The notes under the pieces: model-generated
The model's input: only the letters and a program-made list of their open reading frames with translations
Told to the model about the DNA's origin: nothing
Database searches by the model: none
Program-made: the position numbers and the translations under genes
Source: Schmidtea polychroa
Lineage: Eukaryota
Length of the DNA stretch: 64,000 bases
Assembly (NCBI GenBank): GCA_044892525.1
Contig: CM097886.1
Location: 183,198,312 to 183,262,311 of the forward strand
Direction: 5' to 3'
Shown: piece by piece, positions 1-12,434 of the stretch
Layout of the letters: every line of letters starts with the position of its first letter
Position numbering within the stretch: the stretch's first letter is position 1

Positions 1-159
1 TTTCCCTGTGCCTTATCCACACTACGCTGAGTGAAGCTCATGGGTCGTGGATTTGTCAAACAAGAAAACCAGAAATAAAGAAAAGGAATGGAACAATTAA
101 TCCTATATCCCTACATATCTCTACATTTATTATATATCATTTTGATTTGGGTGTATACA

Positions 160-570
160 CCGATGTAAGCAATTATTTATGTATTATTAGTCTTATTCTT
201 GGCACTCTGTTCTTCCAATACCATCTCTTTTCAATGTTGTCTTGGTTCTTCCTACCATACGGATCTTTTATAACATAGGTTATCACTATCCGCCTGAAAC
301 CTTTCTCATACCTCATTTTGTTGCATAATATTGCTAATCATATAACAGTCCTGAATTACCGTGCTAATAATTCGTTGTTTTCTCATTTACGCAACAGGAA
401 AAACACAGATACATGTGTTCCATTAATCGTTCTATCTCCATCTGGATATATTTTTAAATTCCACTTGTAACCATTTTTCTATGAATATAATGCTAGATTA
501 GTTATAGCTATTTATGTACTGTTTTCAACTCGTTGCATTTTCCTTTTTACATCCGGTATTCTCCGTTAAG
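160..570 (-). pseudogene. Decayed TRAF-type MATH domain
   Basis: Minus-strand translation RRIPDVKRKMQRVENST*IAITNLALYS*KNGYKWNLKIYPDGDRTINGTHVSVFFLLRK*ENNELLAR...ERFQADSDNLCYKR matches the TRAF-C/MATH pattern (WKI..., GYK..L.IY.NGDG...GTH.S.FF). It has several stops and frameshifts. Confidence 0.75.
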
Positions 571-1103
571 TTCTCTAGATGTATTCCTTTATCCAGTACT
601 ATTCATAAAAATGAGCAAGTACTAGCCTTTCCACAATGTTACCCATCCTGGATTCGCATTCGCAGCGGTTAGCCTTTAAGAGACGATTCGATTATCTCTA
701 GGTTAAGTCTTGATTAAGATTCTCTTTATTTGATATTTGGTGCCTTATTATTTATTGTGTTTTGTTATATTTTTATTTGAATGCCTTTTTAATAGACTTT
801 TGCTGTTCCGACTTTCCAATTTATCATCATGCATTTTGACATCCTTGGGTACTCCACCCTTGGATTGGTGTGTGTACAGAATACAAAATATTAGTACTAT
901 TAATTGGCTAGATACTCATGATAATTAATCGTGATTATTACTCGAGGTAATTTGATCTTTCATGTAGCCTCTAATCCACACATTCATATAATCACCCATC
1001 CCTCTTTTAGAGTACGTTCCAAAAGAATTCCGTTCTATGAGAACTATCACTGGATCCATTCATCTATTCACGATTCTGGTAATATTCAAAAATTAACATT
1101 TGA

Positions 1104-1317
1104 NNNNNNNNNNNNNNNNNNNNNNNNNNNNNNNNNNNNNNNNNNNNNNNNNNNNNNNNNNNNNNNNNNNNNNNNNNNNNNNNNNNNNNNNNNNNNNNNN
1201 NNNNNNNNNNNNNNNNNNNNNNNNNNNNNNNNNNNNNNNNNNNNNNNNNNNNNNNNNNNNNNNNNNNNNNNNNNNNNNNNNNNNNNNNNNNNNNNNNNNN
1301 NNNNNNNNNNNNNNNNN
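1104..1317. other. Run of 214 N
   Basis: Directly visible; copy 2 has an N-run at the same site. Confidence 1.
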
Positions 1318-2662
1318 CCTAAACAAACTGTTAACTCATTACTCAATCATTCAAAAAAAATTACCAAGAAAAAGAATTTTTATTTACTTTCATAAAAAAT
1401 TAACCTAGCTTACTTACAAAATTCCGATTTTTGAATTGGTTCTATTAATCAAATCTTCATTAGCGAGGAAAATATTCGAGATTCAGTTTGATAATCTATA
1501 TTCCAAATAAATTTAATCCGAAATTGAGTAAGATAATTCATTCCATTCCAGAAACATTTTTCATTAGCAAGCCCGTTCACTCGATCAACAAACGCGAACT
1601 GAAATAAATCGTGCTTTCAAGTGAGACCAACCATAATTTCCACGAATCGATTATCGTATCCAACAGAAACGACATTTATTTTACTACATTCCATTCGATT
1701 TGACCAGAGACAGTGAATATTTAACTTATCCTTCAAAAAATATTTGAGTAGGGTTCAGCCCTTATTTCCAAGTTAATAAAGGTTGTTCCACGCTTCCCAT
1801 AATATTTAAATTATTCTTCAAAAATTTTGAGCAGGATCCCTAAGTGTGACCAAAATTACTTCCAGCGACGGACCCGTGGGAGGTAGGGTATGATGGTCAT
1901 ATCCTCGGTCTAAGGTGGTCCTCAACCTTCTAAGGGTCAAAAACCGTCGAATTATATATCATTCAAAAGACTTTTGATGGCAAGTTCAAAGGTCATACCT
2001 TCGAAGGGTCCAAGGTGCAAAAATTTAAAATTTTATAATATACATATCAAACAAAAGATATTTGTGATGTAAGTATCAAGAGCATATTTTCAAAGGTTGA
2101 TGAAGGGTCCTGAACCTTCAAAGCTATAAAAACCTTGAAGGGGTCAAAAACATTTAAACTCTTATATATTTCTAGAAGACCTTAACAAGGCATTCTTGCT
2201 CCTTGTGCGGTTCATATATCTAGCGCTCCTAAAACCCGAATTCAAAACAGCCTACCATAATAACTATAATATTCATGTTGAAAATGTTAACTATGTAATC
2301 ATCTCCAGCTGCTATAATAGGTGGTAATGCTCTGAAAATTCTGATGCTTATTAGAAAAAATGAATAATAGAAGCTTTAAAAATTAAAAAATTTTAGTGTT
2401 TAGTTTTGAATTATAGAGAATATTTAATAATAAAAAATTTTTTTTAATTTTTAAAAATTTTCAAAAAAAAGTTGATTAATTTTAACCAATGAATTAACCA
2501 ATGCAATGAAATAAAAGAGAAAATCAAAAATCTTTTTAAAAATAGAAGAAACGAAATTCCTGGAAGGGCTATCTTAAAGTGGAAAATCTTTAATTTGTAT
2601 TAAATATATTATTTGTAGCAAAAAGCTTAAAATATCATTTAATTGTTTAATATTAGTATTAT

Positions 2663-2793
2663 NNNNNNNNNNNNNNNNNNNNNNNNNNNNNNNNNNNNNN
2701 NNNNNNNNNNNNNNNNNNNNNNNNNNNNNNNNNNNNNNNNNNNNNNNNNNNNNNNNNNNNNNNNNNNNNNNNNNNNNNNNNNNNNNNNNNNNN
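2663..2793. other. Run of 131 N; copy 2 has an (ATT)n microsatellite at this site
   Basis: Flanks match 36084 and 36183 in copy 2. Confidence 0.95.
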
Positions 2794-3475
2794 TCCTAAA
2801 GGTTTTCAATGGGCATTCATTTATTCAATTTGGTTATGCAACATCAGTTCTTGAAATTTGAATGATTTGTTGTTTAAATGATATTATAATTTTATGATCA
2901 TTTTATCATTTTATCGTATTATGCTCATAATATTAATTATCACAAGAGGTCAAAGGACACCTCGAGATTACCTTTGGCAGTTCATTCAAACAAATTGTAA
3001 GATGATGACATCATTGAATTATTTATATAAATAATTGACATATAAATTGTCCATTGTTAATAAGATATTACCAATTATGAAGGGCACCCCTGAAACTGGC
3101 AATAATCAATAATTAGCTAGAAATTGTACTGAAACAATCAATCGGTTCCTTAAATAAATATTTACAATTCTTATTGAATAAACAAAATTATTAAATTCAT
3201 AATTTTATAATATTCAATATTAAATATATAATAAAAATAATTATTTTTAGCTTTGTTTATTAAAACAAAATAATGAAAGAATTTGTGCAATAATAAATTG
3301 GTAACATGGCAACACAATCCATGCAATAAAACAAATTATTTATTATGCAATAACTTAATCAAAAATATATAATAGCGATTCCAAACATTTTTTGTCTTCG
3401 GTACCCTTTGATTAGGCCTTCATTCTTTTTAACAAAATATAATCAATTGTGAAAGCCAGTGAAAAATTCAAAAAA

Positions 3476-5007
3476 TTAATTGAAAAACATTTTAGTCCTA
3501 GTGACGATGCCAGCCTTACAGAAGGGGCATTCAAATAACTCCATGGAGCAAACATTACATGTCAAATGGCCGCATTGGAATCCAATTTCCACATTATTAT
3601 CTGAGCAAATTTGGCACATCTAAATTGCAATAAATCAATACAAATTCATCATATAATCTTACTGGTATTTCCTTATCATGTTCATTTCCTTCATTATCAG
3701 GTCTGGCAGTGTTTCTGTGACATTTCTCGATCTCCTCCTTAGCAACAATGTCTGTGCACGCATCAATTATCCGCTGGCCACGTGACGTCCTCTTATAAAT
3801 GTCACCGCCCAATGAAATTATCATTTTAATAGCTGAGATTAATTTCCTTTTTGAATTTGCCTAGAAATCGATCAATGCGATAAATCAATAATCAATCAAT
3901 ACATTATTGGCAATCGATATTTTCTCCAATAATTGTGTCAGCGCACATTTGCCGCTTTCATCCTCACCATCGAATTCCTTTGATTCAGTGATCAATGCGT
4001 TCACCAGTTCCATTTCTCCCATTTGAATTGCAATTTGGAGAGGAATTTGATTCCTTATGTTTCGCAACATGACAAATTTCCCTTGATTTACCGAATCCAA
4101 TAATTTCCATGCAAATTCCATCTTCCTTTCTTGCAATATAAATGTGAATAAATTTTCACCGTTTCCAAATGTTCTCGGTGCCGATATTTCCGTTTGTATC
4201 AAATGGTCAAATAGCTCGATATCATCACTATATACAGCTTTGTAAAGGAGATTCTCTATAACCGACTGCTGCAATATGGAACTAGATTTATTGAATAGTA
4301 ATCTTATTAGGTTAGCTCCACAAATCTCGCATGATTGGAAGGTATCCTTTGATATAGCTGACCGCAAAAAATTGTCAGGCAAAAGCTCAATCAATGCTTT
4401 TGCATATGAGAACCACTGATTTAGGAAAGCCGTTTGAAAATCATTTGAAGTGAAATTTGTCAATCTCGGCTGATTGGACACGAGTGCAAGCATTAATCTG
4501 ATAAATTGATTTATTATCAATGATTTATTAATATATTTCAATAAATTCTACTTTTCACTTCCAATATTCGATGCCAATTGGAATACAGTGATCCCATTGG
4601 TTGATTTGACATTGGCATCTGCTCCGTGTGCAATCAATATATTTGTGATATCGATTAATTTATTCAAGTTCTAAAATTGATATTTACAAGCCAATCAAAA
4701 TATATCATTACATCATCATTGATATCAATTGGTGGCTCGACAAGCATCTCAAACAATGGAGTGCTTCTCAAATTGTTAACACTGTCAACCTGTGCTCCAG
4801 CATTGAGTAGTGAACTGCACATTTTTGGTTTCAGGCATTTCACCGCGAGATGCAGCAGTGAATTGTTGTCACCATCATGAGCATTCGAACTACTTAAATC
4901 GAGTCGTTCGAGAAAACACGGAAAAAGAATTCCATGAAATTTCATTGACAATGTTAACGCGTTTTCATAGCAAGTCAAAGAAATTATTGATTGTGCAAAT
5001 GGAATAA
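3476..5007 (-). CDS. Ankyrin-repeat + C-terminal C3HC4 RING protein, 3' exon cluster (Mind-bomb-like RING; putative E3 ubiquitin ligase), copy 1
   Basis: Exons 5007-4712, 4670-4552, 4497-3903, 3860-3663 and 3619-3476 join in frame across GT-AG introns of 41, 54, 42 and 43 nt. Ankyrin motifs: NSLLHLAVKC..LLNAGAQVDSVNNLRSTPLF, LIAHGADANVK, QIPLQIAI. Last exon: MCQICSDNNVEIGFQCGHLTCNVCSMELFECPFCKAGIVTRTKMFFN* (RING). Confidence 0.88.
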
Positions 5008-7685
5008 CTGAAAATAATGAAATTCATTAATATTAATTGAATCATGTGTCTTTTATGGCTCATTACACATCCCATTCATTTACTGCTTTAAAAAAATTGT
5101 TAAATTTAAGTTATGCAAAGTGATTTGATCAGTTATTATTAATTTATAATAATAATTAAATAAAAAAATAATGGGAAAATATTTTTAATTCCAGAATTTA
5201 AATTTAAACAAAATAAGTAAGAAATGAAAATATTATTTACATTATAAAAAATCCAATAAATACACGAAAGTAAAAATCTTAAACATTGTGAAACATTGCA
5301 AATTCATTCAATTTTTTAAATAGGTCAACTTAAAAATTTATAGATTTTTCGATTTTCAAGGTTTTAACGAAAGTTCAATATTAATATTGATTACTTTGAT
5401 TCTCCCGGTAATTTTATGGAATCGACACCAGCGTAATCTGAAACACAGCTTATGACATTTTATATTTTTGAATGGCAACTAGTGTTTCCAAATTACCCAA
5501 ATTACAATTCTATATTAAATGCGTTTATTCATTGCAACGCAAAAAATCAACACACAGGTAAGTTTTTATGTTTATATAATATACACGTATTTTTTTTATT
5601 TTTACATTATGGATGAGTTTATTCAATGCATCGGGTTTTGTGACAATTTTCTGTGATTTTCTGTGTATAAAGTTTGTGATTGAATTGAATATTTATGCGC
5701 GTTCATTTGATTAATTTATTGTGGGTAATGATTCCAATGGCTGTCTGTCCACAATTATATTTATTAAACCCGATATTATTCTAGCTTTTGTTTTACTATA
5801 TTGAAATTTAGAATTAAACTTTTTGTAACAATTAATTTATCAAAAATTAAAATTTTATTTTTCAGTTTTTGTTATATTTTTACATTTTTATTGGTTAATA
5901 AGAATTTGCAATTTTAATTTCAAGCTTTTACAGCAATTCCTGATAAATCTCTTTTTAATACTTTTTCAAAATTTAAACTTCTTTGAATAAGCTAAATTAT
6001 ATTTAATTGTTTTATTAAACAATCATGAGTTATTTTCTGGTTTCCTTATAATGATTTGCGGCTTCCTGGAAATGGTCTCATAGAAATCTGGATTCAACCA
6101 GATAAAGATTTTTTCAAACTGCCATCATAATTATTGTAAGCTTTTTCAATTTGTTTTTCATTTGTTATTATTGTTATAAATTATTGAATATATGTTTAGG
6201 AATTGTGATGTAAGCCTTTATGATACGCTCGTCTATGTGTACTAGTGTTATTGCATGTATACATATATTTGACCTACTTTTTTAATAACTTTAAATATAC
6301 ATTTCAGCAGAAGACACAAGCCGTTATGATGATGCGAGTCTGACCTAAATAATATTTGAGTTGACCTACATAATATATAAGGCCAAAACAGCCTCAGCAG
6401 GTCGATCAGTGGTGCTGTCATGATGGAAGCATATCTACTACTTATAGCAGCCTTTATTCATTGGCAACAGGTGTAATCATTGTAGATCCTGATCCTGAAC
6501 CAATTAAAATATGGATCGCGTCTGTGTGCGCGTTGATTACACCTAACCGCGAAAGTTAACATTGTCTATAATATAAGTTGGTGTGCACACCACCTGAGGT
6601 GAGTCACCAATTATATGACAATGTTAACTTAATTTCATTTATTCAATTTTCCAAAAATCGTTTAAAGGTAAGTTTTTGCATTGAAGTAATTTTTAGGACT
6701 TGATTTTGATTTTATATAATTATGAGATCATTATTCAAGTTCTTAAATATTACTGTTAGTCAGCATTTATAATATTGATAATATATAACATTGATAATTA
6801 AATTTCAGGTGTTTTTTTAGGAATTTTATCGTATTTTATTTGGATTTATTTGGATTTATTTCGTAAAAATGTAAGTTAGATATTTTTATAATTATAAATA
6901 TGTAAAGTAATCACTAAACATTTATTTTTTAAAGACATTTAGTAAAGAATGGATAAAATATTTTTTAAGTTTTTGTAATCTTCTTTCGAATTTTGTCTAT
7001 TTCTGTAATTCTATGATTTAATTTATTAAAATTTACGATTTGCGATGTTTTTCCTGCAAATTCAAAGATGTCGAAGGATCTTCTTCAATATCTGTAAATC
7101 TAAAGAAATTTTATATTCTAAATTATTTTATAATTAAATCTTACGATGTATTTACTTCTTTTTCCCTAAAGCTCAACGTAGAGCAGTCGGAATCTGATTC
7201 AAAAGTTTTTTTGTACATAATTTTTTAAATAATTTTAAAATATTGATATGTTAATTATATGTTAATCAATCTGAATTTCGCATGAAAAACACTTTACTTA
7301 ATTTTGTATGTATTTTTCATTATGTGTGCTGTGTTTGTATGCTTAATTATTTTCTCTCACTTTTTAGATTCCTATAATAAATATGTTAAATTTCGCGGCA
7401 TTAAATTTCTACACACAGGTAAGTTTGTGTGTTCCTATAATATATATTTATTGATTTTTTTTTTAGATTATAGATAATGTTATATTTCGCGGTTAGGTGT
7501 ATTTGTTGGGATTGCTTGTTGAGTGCGCACACAGACACGAGGCAATGTTTGTGTGTTGGTGCTGGCTATTTATTATTTGTGGGTTCTGGAAGGACATTAT
7601 TATTGGTTGTTTGGATGAACTAATTGGATCGCTTTTGAATATTGATATTTTGTTTGGTTCATAAAACTTGCTAATGGTTAGGGCT

Positions 7686-8073
7686 AATAAATCAGGAATG
7701 TGCAAAGGTGGATTTGCCGGAGGTGATGCTTCATGAGCTGTGGTGCTCTCAATTGCTGGGCGCATTCTAGACATGGAGGTTTGACAGATTATTTGATGGC
7801 AATACGAACAGGACGATATTACAGGTTTATAACCACAGCGCAAAGGAGAATTTGTTCGAGATATTAAAGAACAAATGTGTTTCATTGCTCTTGTTGTTGA
7901 GCAAGCAATGCAGGCTGCTGCTTTATCATCGCTTCCTGATGAGTTATGAACTACCAGATGATCAATTTATAACCATTGGAAATGAAATATTGAGATGTCC
8001 AGAAGCTTTGTTACATCCATCGTTCTTGTGAATGGATATTGTTGGTATTCAGGAGGCAACTTATGACAGCATT
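7686..8073 (+). pseudogene. Actin pseudogene fragment with a large internal deletion
   Basis: NKSGMCKGGFAGGDAS*AVVLSIAGR (actin [27 protein letters not shown]) jumps to LTDYLM.I...Y.F.TTA.R.IVRDIKE and [43 protein letters not shown]. It has stops and frameshifts. Confidence 0.92.
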
Positions 8074-8129
8074 ACATTTTCTGCAGGACTAAAAAGATAT
8101 GATTTGATCCTTCCGTAATGCTTCTAGAT

Positions 8130-10529
8130 CAGGGGTGCCCACTAATTTTTCTAGGAGAGCTACATTCACATCCAAAATGTGTATGCGATCTACTTTTTTA
8201 ATACTTACATAATATTTACCTACAATGCAATAAATTCATCACAATAAAACAAATATATGTCAAAATATGGAAAATTAAAGTATATAACTATTTATTATAA
8301 AAAAATGTAACTTAGGAAATCAAATTTAATGAAAATTATTTTTATATAGAACTTTTCGATGTTGATGCTCTACATTGGGTTGAATCCACTAGATTTTTGT
8401 AGTTTGGGATATAAGTGCTAAGACAACTTCTTAGGCTGGATTCCAAATGGTCATCTGTTAATGTTGCTCGGTACTTTGACTTTATAATTTTCAGATTGTG
8501 AAAAAGCAGAATCACATAAATAAGTTGAACCAAAACATGATACTAAATTTTCGAAGCATTTTTTCAAGTTTGAATATTTATCCTCTGATAGATATTTCCA
8601 TACATTTGCTTCGGAAGATCTTGATTTAATGAAGATATCATTTTGAAGTGTGATTATTTCCATTTCAAGTATAGGGATATCCATTTTAAACAAAGTTGAA
8701 ATTGAATCTGCAACAATTTCTGGTTTTATTTTTGGATTAAACGGAAAGGACATAAATGCAGCCACAATTTCAAGTTTCTTGGAGTCTTGAAAACGTCTCT
8801 CGAACTCTAAAACCAAAATTTTGATCTGTTTCGCATATCTCGTAATATTAAAGTTGACATTTTCAGATTCTTTTAATTGTGACAACATATTTGGAAAATA
8901 ACTTAAATTTTTGTCTTCTATTTTGGTAATAAGTAAATGAAGCTTCTGTATAAATGCATTGATTGAACTTATCATATCGAATATCAATTTATCCTTACCT
9001 TGTAAATCGAGATTTAATTCATTCAGAATTGCAGTAATATCTACTAAAAATGCCAAATCCAAGAGCCAAACATCATCTTCCAATTGCTTGAACTCATCAC
9101 CTCTTGCGGCAAGGAACAACTTAATCTCAGAAAGCAAATCTCTAAATCTTTGTAAGAATTTTCCTCTACTTAGCCATCTTACATCTGAAGGCATCAGTAA
9201 TTCAGTAGGACCTTCGCTATTACTTTCTTCAATTTGTAATTTGAAAAGTCGTCTCTGAAGACTTCTTGCACGAATCGAGTTAGCAATTTTGAATGTTATT
9301 TCCATAATATCTCTCATATTCAGAATTTTAGCACACAAGGCTTGTTGATGAATAATACAGTGGTAGGAAAGAAAATCTGGGAATTCACAATCATTCCTAC
9401 AATATGCTATAAATCCGTTGTGACGCCCTGTCATAGCTGGTGCGCCATCTGTTGTTATCGATACAAGCTTACAAATTTGGAGCTGAATGCTGTTGGCATA
9501 AGCTTTAAAATTCTGAAATATATCCTCACCTCGAGTTTTACTTTTGAGTGGTATAATTGTTAATAATTCTTCCTTCGTAGAAAAATCTTTAAAGACCATT
9601 CGAATAAAAATTATAAGCTGCGAAATATCAGCCGCATCAGTTGATTCGTCTGCTTGCAATGAAAATGCGGTACAATTTCCTATGTCTAACATTAACTGAT
9701 TTTTTAAATTGGAACTTATTTCTTGGACTCTCCGTGTAACTGTATTACGGGACAATTGCATATCAGTAATAGCAGAAATTATATCTGATTTATTTTTAAA
9801 ATCACAAAATAATGATTCTGCCGCTTCTAAAAATGCTTCTTTTACAATTACTCCATCACTAAAAGATTTCTTATTTTTTGCCAGAATGTAGCTTACCGGA
9901 AAGATGCAGCTGTAGCTGACTTTGATTTGGATGTTAACTTCGTAAAAAATGACTGTTGAAAAGAAATGCATGTTTTCAGTTCCATGATTTTAGACTTGCG
10001 TAGTTCACTGTCAAGTGGATAATCAACTGCAAAAGTCTTATGAATTGTCTTGAAATGCCTTTCCAAATTCCCTCTTTTTGGTAATGAAATAGTAGCTTTA
10101 CAAATTAAGCAACAACATTTACCTTTAATCATTACAAAAAAGTACTCCTTCTCCATTTCTTCGCTATAATGATAAGTCTTGGCTTTTTAATTTAGCATTT
10201 TTAAACAAAATTAATTTAACAAAAAAGCTTAAGAAAATTTTTCACTTTGTTACACCAACCAAAATTAAATTTAACTAAATAAACAAAATTAAATTAAACT
10301 AAATTAAACTAAATAACATTTTGGAAATAGTGAAATCAAAATTAAAAAATGTTATTTAGTATTACCATAGAAATGGAACACAGAACATGAAAATTGGCAA
10401 AAAATTTAAGCATAAAATAGAAATTTTATATAAAATCTAAATTTATATAAAAAATATTTTTATGAAGATCTACTAAAAAATCCTTCGCGATCTACCGGTA
10501 GATCGCGATCGACCTTATGGGCACCCCTG
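8130..10529 (-). mobile_element. Full-length 2.4-kb Buster/SPIN-type hAT DNA transposon; transposase broken by two frameshifts
   Basis: 12-bp TIRs CAGGGGTGCCCA / TGGGCACCCCTG. Perfect 8-bp TSD TTCTAGAT (8122-8129, 10530-10537) with central TA. ORFs 10156-9893, 9971-8451 and 8533-8342 give a GTF2IRD2-like transposase (CLIC..RHF..IH, LQADESTD, TTDGAPAM, HCIIHQQ, VRWLSRG, GSTYLC.S.FS). Confidence 0.95.
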
Positions 10530-10781
10530 TTCTAGATGTTCCCGTGGCATTGTAACCAATGACCAAATAATAACCAAATCAAACATTTCATTTGGCACTC
10601 AAAATAATTATTTCACAGAAATTATTTCTATTTTCTTTAACAAATTAATTAAAAGTTTTAGTTTGATAAAGTTTCACATCAATACAAGTATTAATATCGA
10701 AATAATAAAAGCAGATCGATTGCATATTAATTTAAATTAAATCAATTAATTAATTAATCAATTAACTAATAAATAATTTAC

Positions 10782-11552
10782 CATTTTCATTTCCGGAATA
10801 TCGATTAATATTCTGTAAATAATAGAAATATAAAATTCAAATCAAATAAATTGTGACATTTCCTCACCTCAACAGATCTCACAACATCGGCACCCCGGTT
10901 CACCAGTTGAGCACAAACATTTACCATCCCTCGAATAACTGCACAGTGTAGGCCAGTCAACCCCATCTATATCTCACATAATTATTCAATCAATAAACAA
11001 CAAATCTCACAAATCCAGCATGATCAATATCAATTGATCGATCTATCAAATATTCACAATTGTCCTCCAATCCACTCGCAATCGCCTCATGCAATGGAGT
11101 TTGTGAATACTAAATAATGCCAATATATCAATATCAATATTGAATACTCTATTGAATTACTTTGTTTTGTGTATTGGTATCGATCTCAAATTGCTGCAAT
11201 ACATTGATGCATTTCCTATGATGCAGCGAATGGGCCAAGGCCAATGCAGTCCCCATTGTCTACAAATATATTGATTTGATCATTTCAATAAACACATACT
11301 TCATTATTTGCATTGATATCTACAATGTCCTGATTATCTAGTATAAATTTGGTCATATCGGCATCATTATCAGATATTGCTGTGTGTAATATGGTGAAAT
11401 TGACCTTGATAATAAATAAAATTAATTATTGATTTTGCATTATTCTGATGCACCTTTTGTCGTGATTCCATCAGAATCATTCGTTCTTGTATTTCTTCTT
11501 GTATTTCCACGAATCCTTTTTCCTTTGCTTTGTCAATGGCCTTGATCCATAA
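10782..11552 (-). CDS. Ankyrin-repeat exon cluster (middle), one repeat per phase-0 exon, copy 1
   Basis: Exons 11552-11454 (LWIKAIDKAKEKGF...), 11404-11300 (VNFTILHTAI...), 11259-11161 (TMGTALALA...), 11109-11011 (YSQTPLHEAIASG...), 10966-10868 (MGLTGLHCAVIRG...GADV) and 10812-10782 (NINRYSGNEN+G). GT-AG introns of 49, 40, 51, 44 and 55 nt. Absent from the ORF track. Confidence 0.85.
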
Positions 11553-12434
11553 CTGAATGATGAAATCAATGCTGATTTAATCAATTTCATCTCAAATTAG
11601 TTAATAATAATAATAATAATAATAACAATAATAACAAAAAACAGGTAAATGATAAGGTAAGCATTTGCTGCAAAATCTTTATTAAGTGAGAAAATTATTT
11701 ATATAAAATAATTCAATTCGATCTTTCATAATTTTGCTTCAATGTTGAAATGCTTGCATGATTTCCTTTTAAAATTCATTTCTGATTTTTATTTGTTCAA
11801 AAATTGATTAATTAAAATTACTGAAATGTAAAGCATAAAATATTTACGTGTTGACATATTTGAAAATATGTCCTACCAGTCAACTCAGGAAATTATTCAC
11901 TATAAAATAGCGCTTAAAAGATTTCAAATATCTCAACTGGTTCTACTGTAACTGATGTAAGCGCTTAGGAACACTAATCCCCTAGCCATGGGATATATTA
12001 GTCGCTATCATATTATTAATATATTATTATCATATCAGACTATTATCATATTATTAATTTTGATCCCAGAAATTATTTGTCGGAAACATTTTTAAAAACC
12101 TGTTTGTATGTATCCAATAGTAACAAATTATTACTATTATTATTATAAGAACTTATTTTAAAAATTTTACCACAGATTTCCATTGACATTATATTTATTT
12201 AAAAGCTTGACTATGAATCAGTAAATATATCGATATAATTGATATGCACGAATTTTCGACACCGCCTTTTTCAATTGAATTATTATTATTAATATGATTT
12301 GACATAATGAAATAACAAAATTCATAAATGTATTTTATCACAATTTTTAATTATTTAAACAAATTTAATATTTTGGTAAATGGTTTTGTGTGATTAATGC
12401 TTTTCTAATCACAACAATTCACTCCTCCTAATTT

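Noticed and set aside
931-1408. ORFs spanning N-runs (also 2643-2861 and 34358-34808)
   Set aside because: They stay open only because N codons contain no stops.
1850-2230. Stretch with recurring GAAGGGTC/AAGGGTCAAAAAC motifs as a defined element
   Set aside because: Probably a non-autonomous repeat, but I found no TIRs, TSD or coding motif to support a call.
5548-5565. ACACACAGGTAAGTTT (also 7411) as a spliced-leader RNA gene
   Set aside because: Only a 5' splice-site consensus inside a dispersed repeat; no recognisable SL exon or Sm-binding site.
7493-7885. 130-aa minus-strand ORF (also 40880-41272)
   Set aside because: Antisense to the actin pseudogene; no recognisable motif.
8959-9891. 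Plus-strand ORFs within the hAT (and similar short antisense ORFs in the gypsy and BED-hAT elements)
   Set aside because: Antisense shadows of transposase or pol frames.
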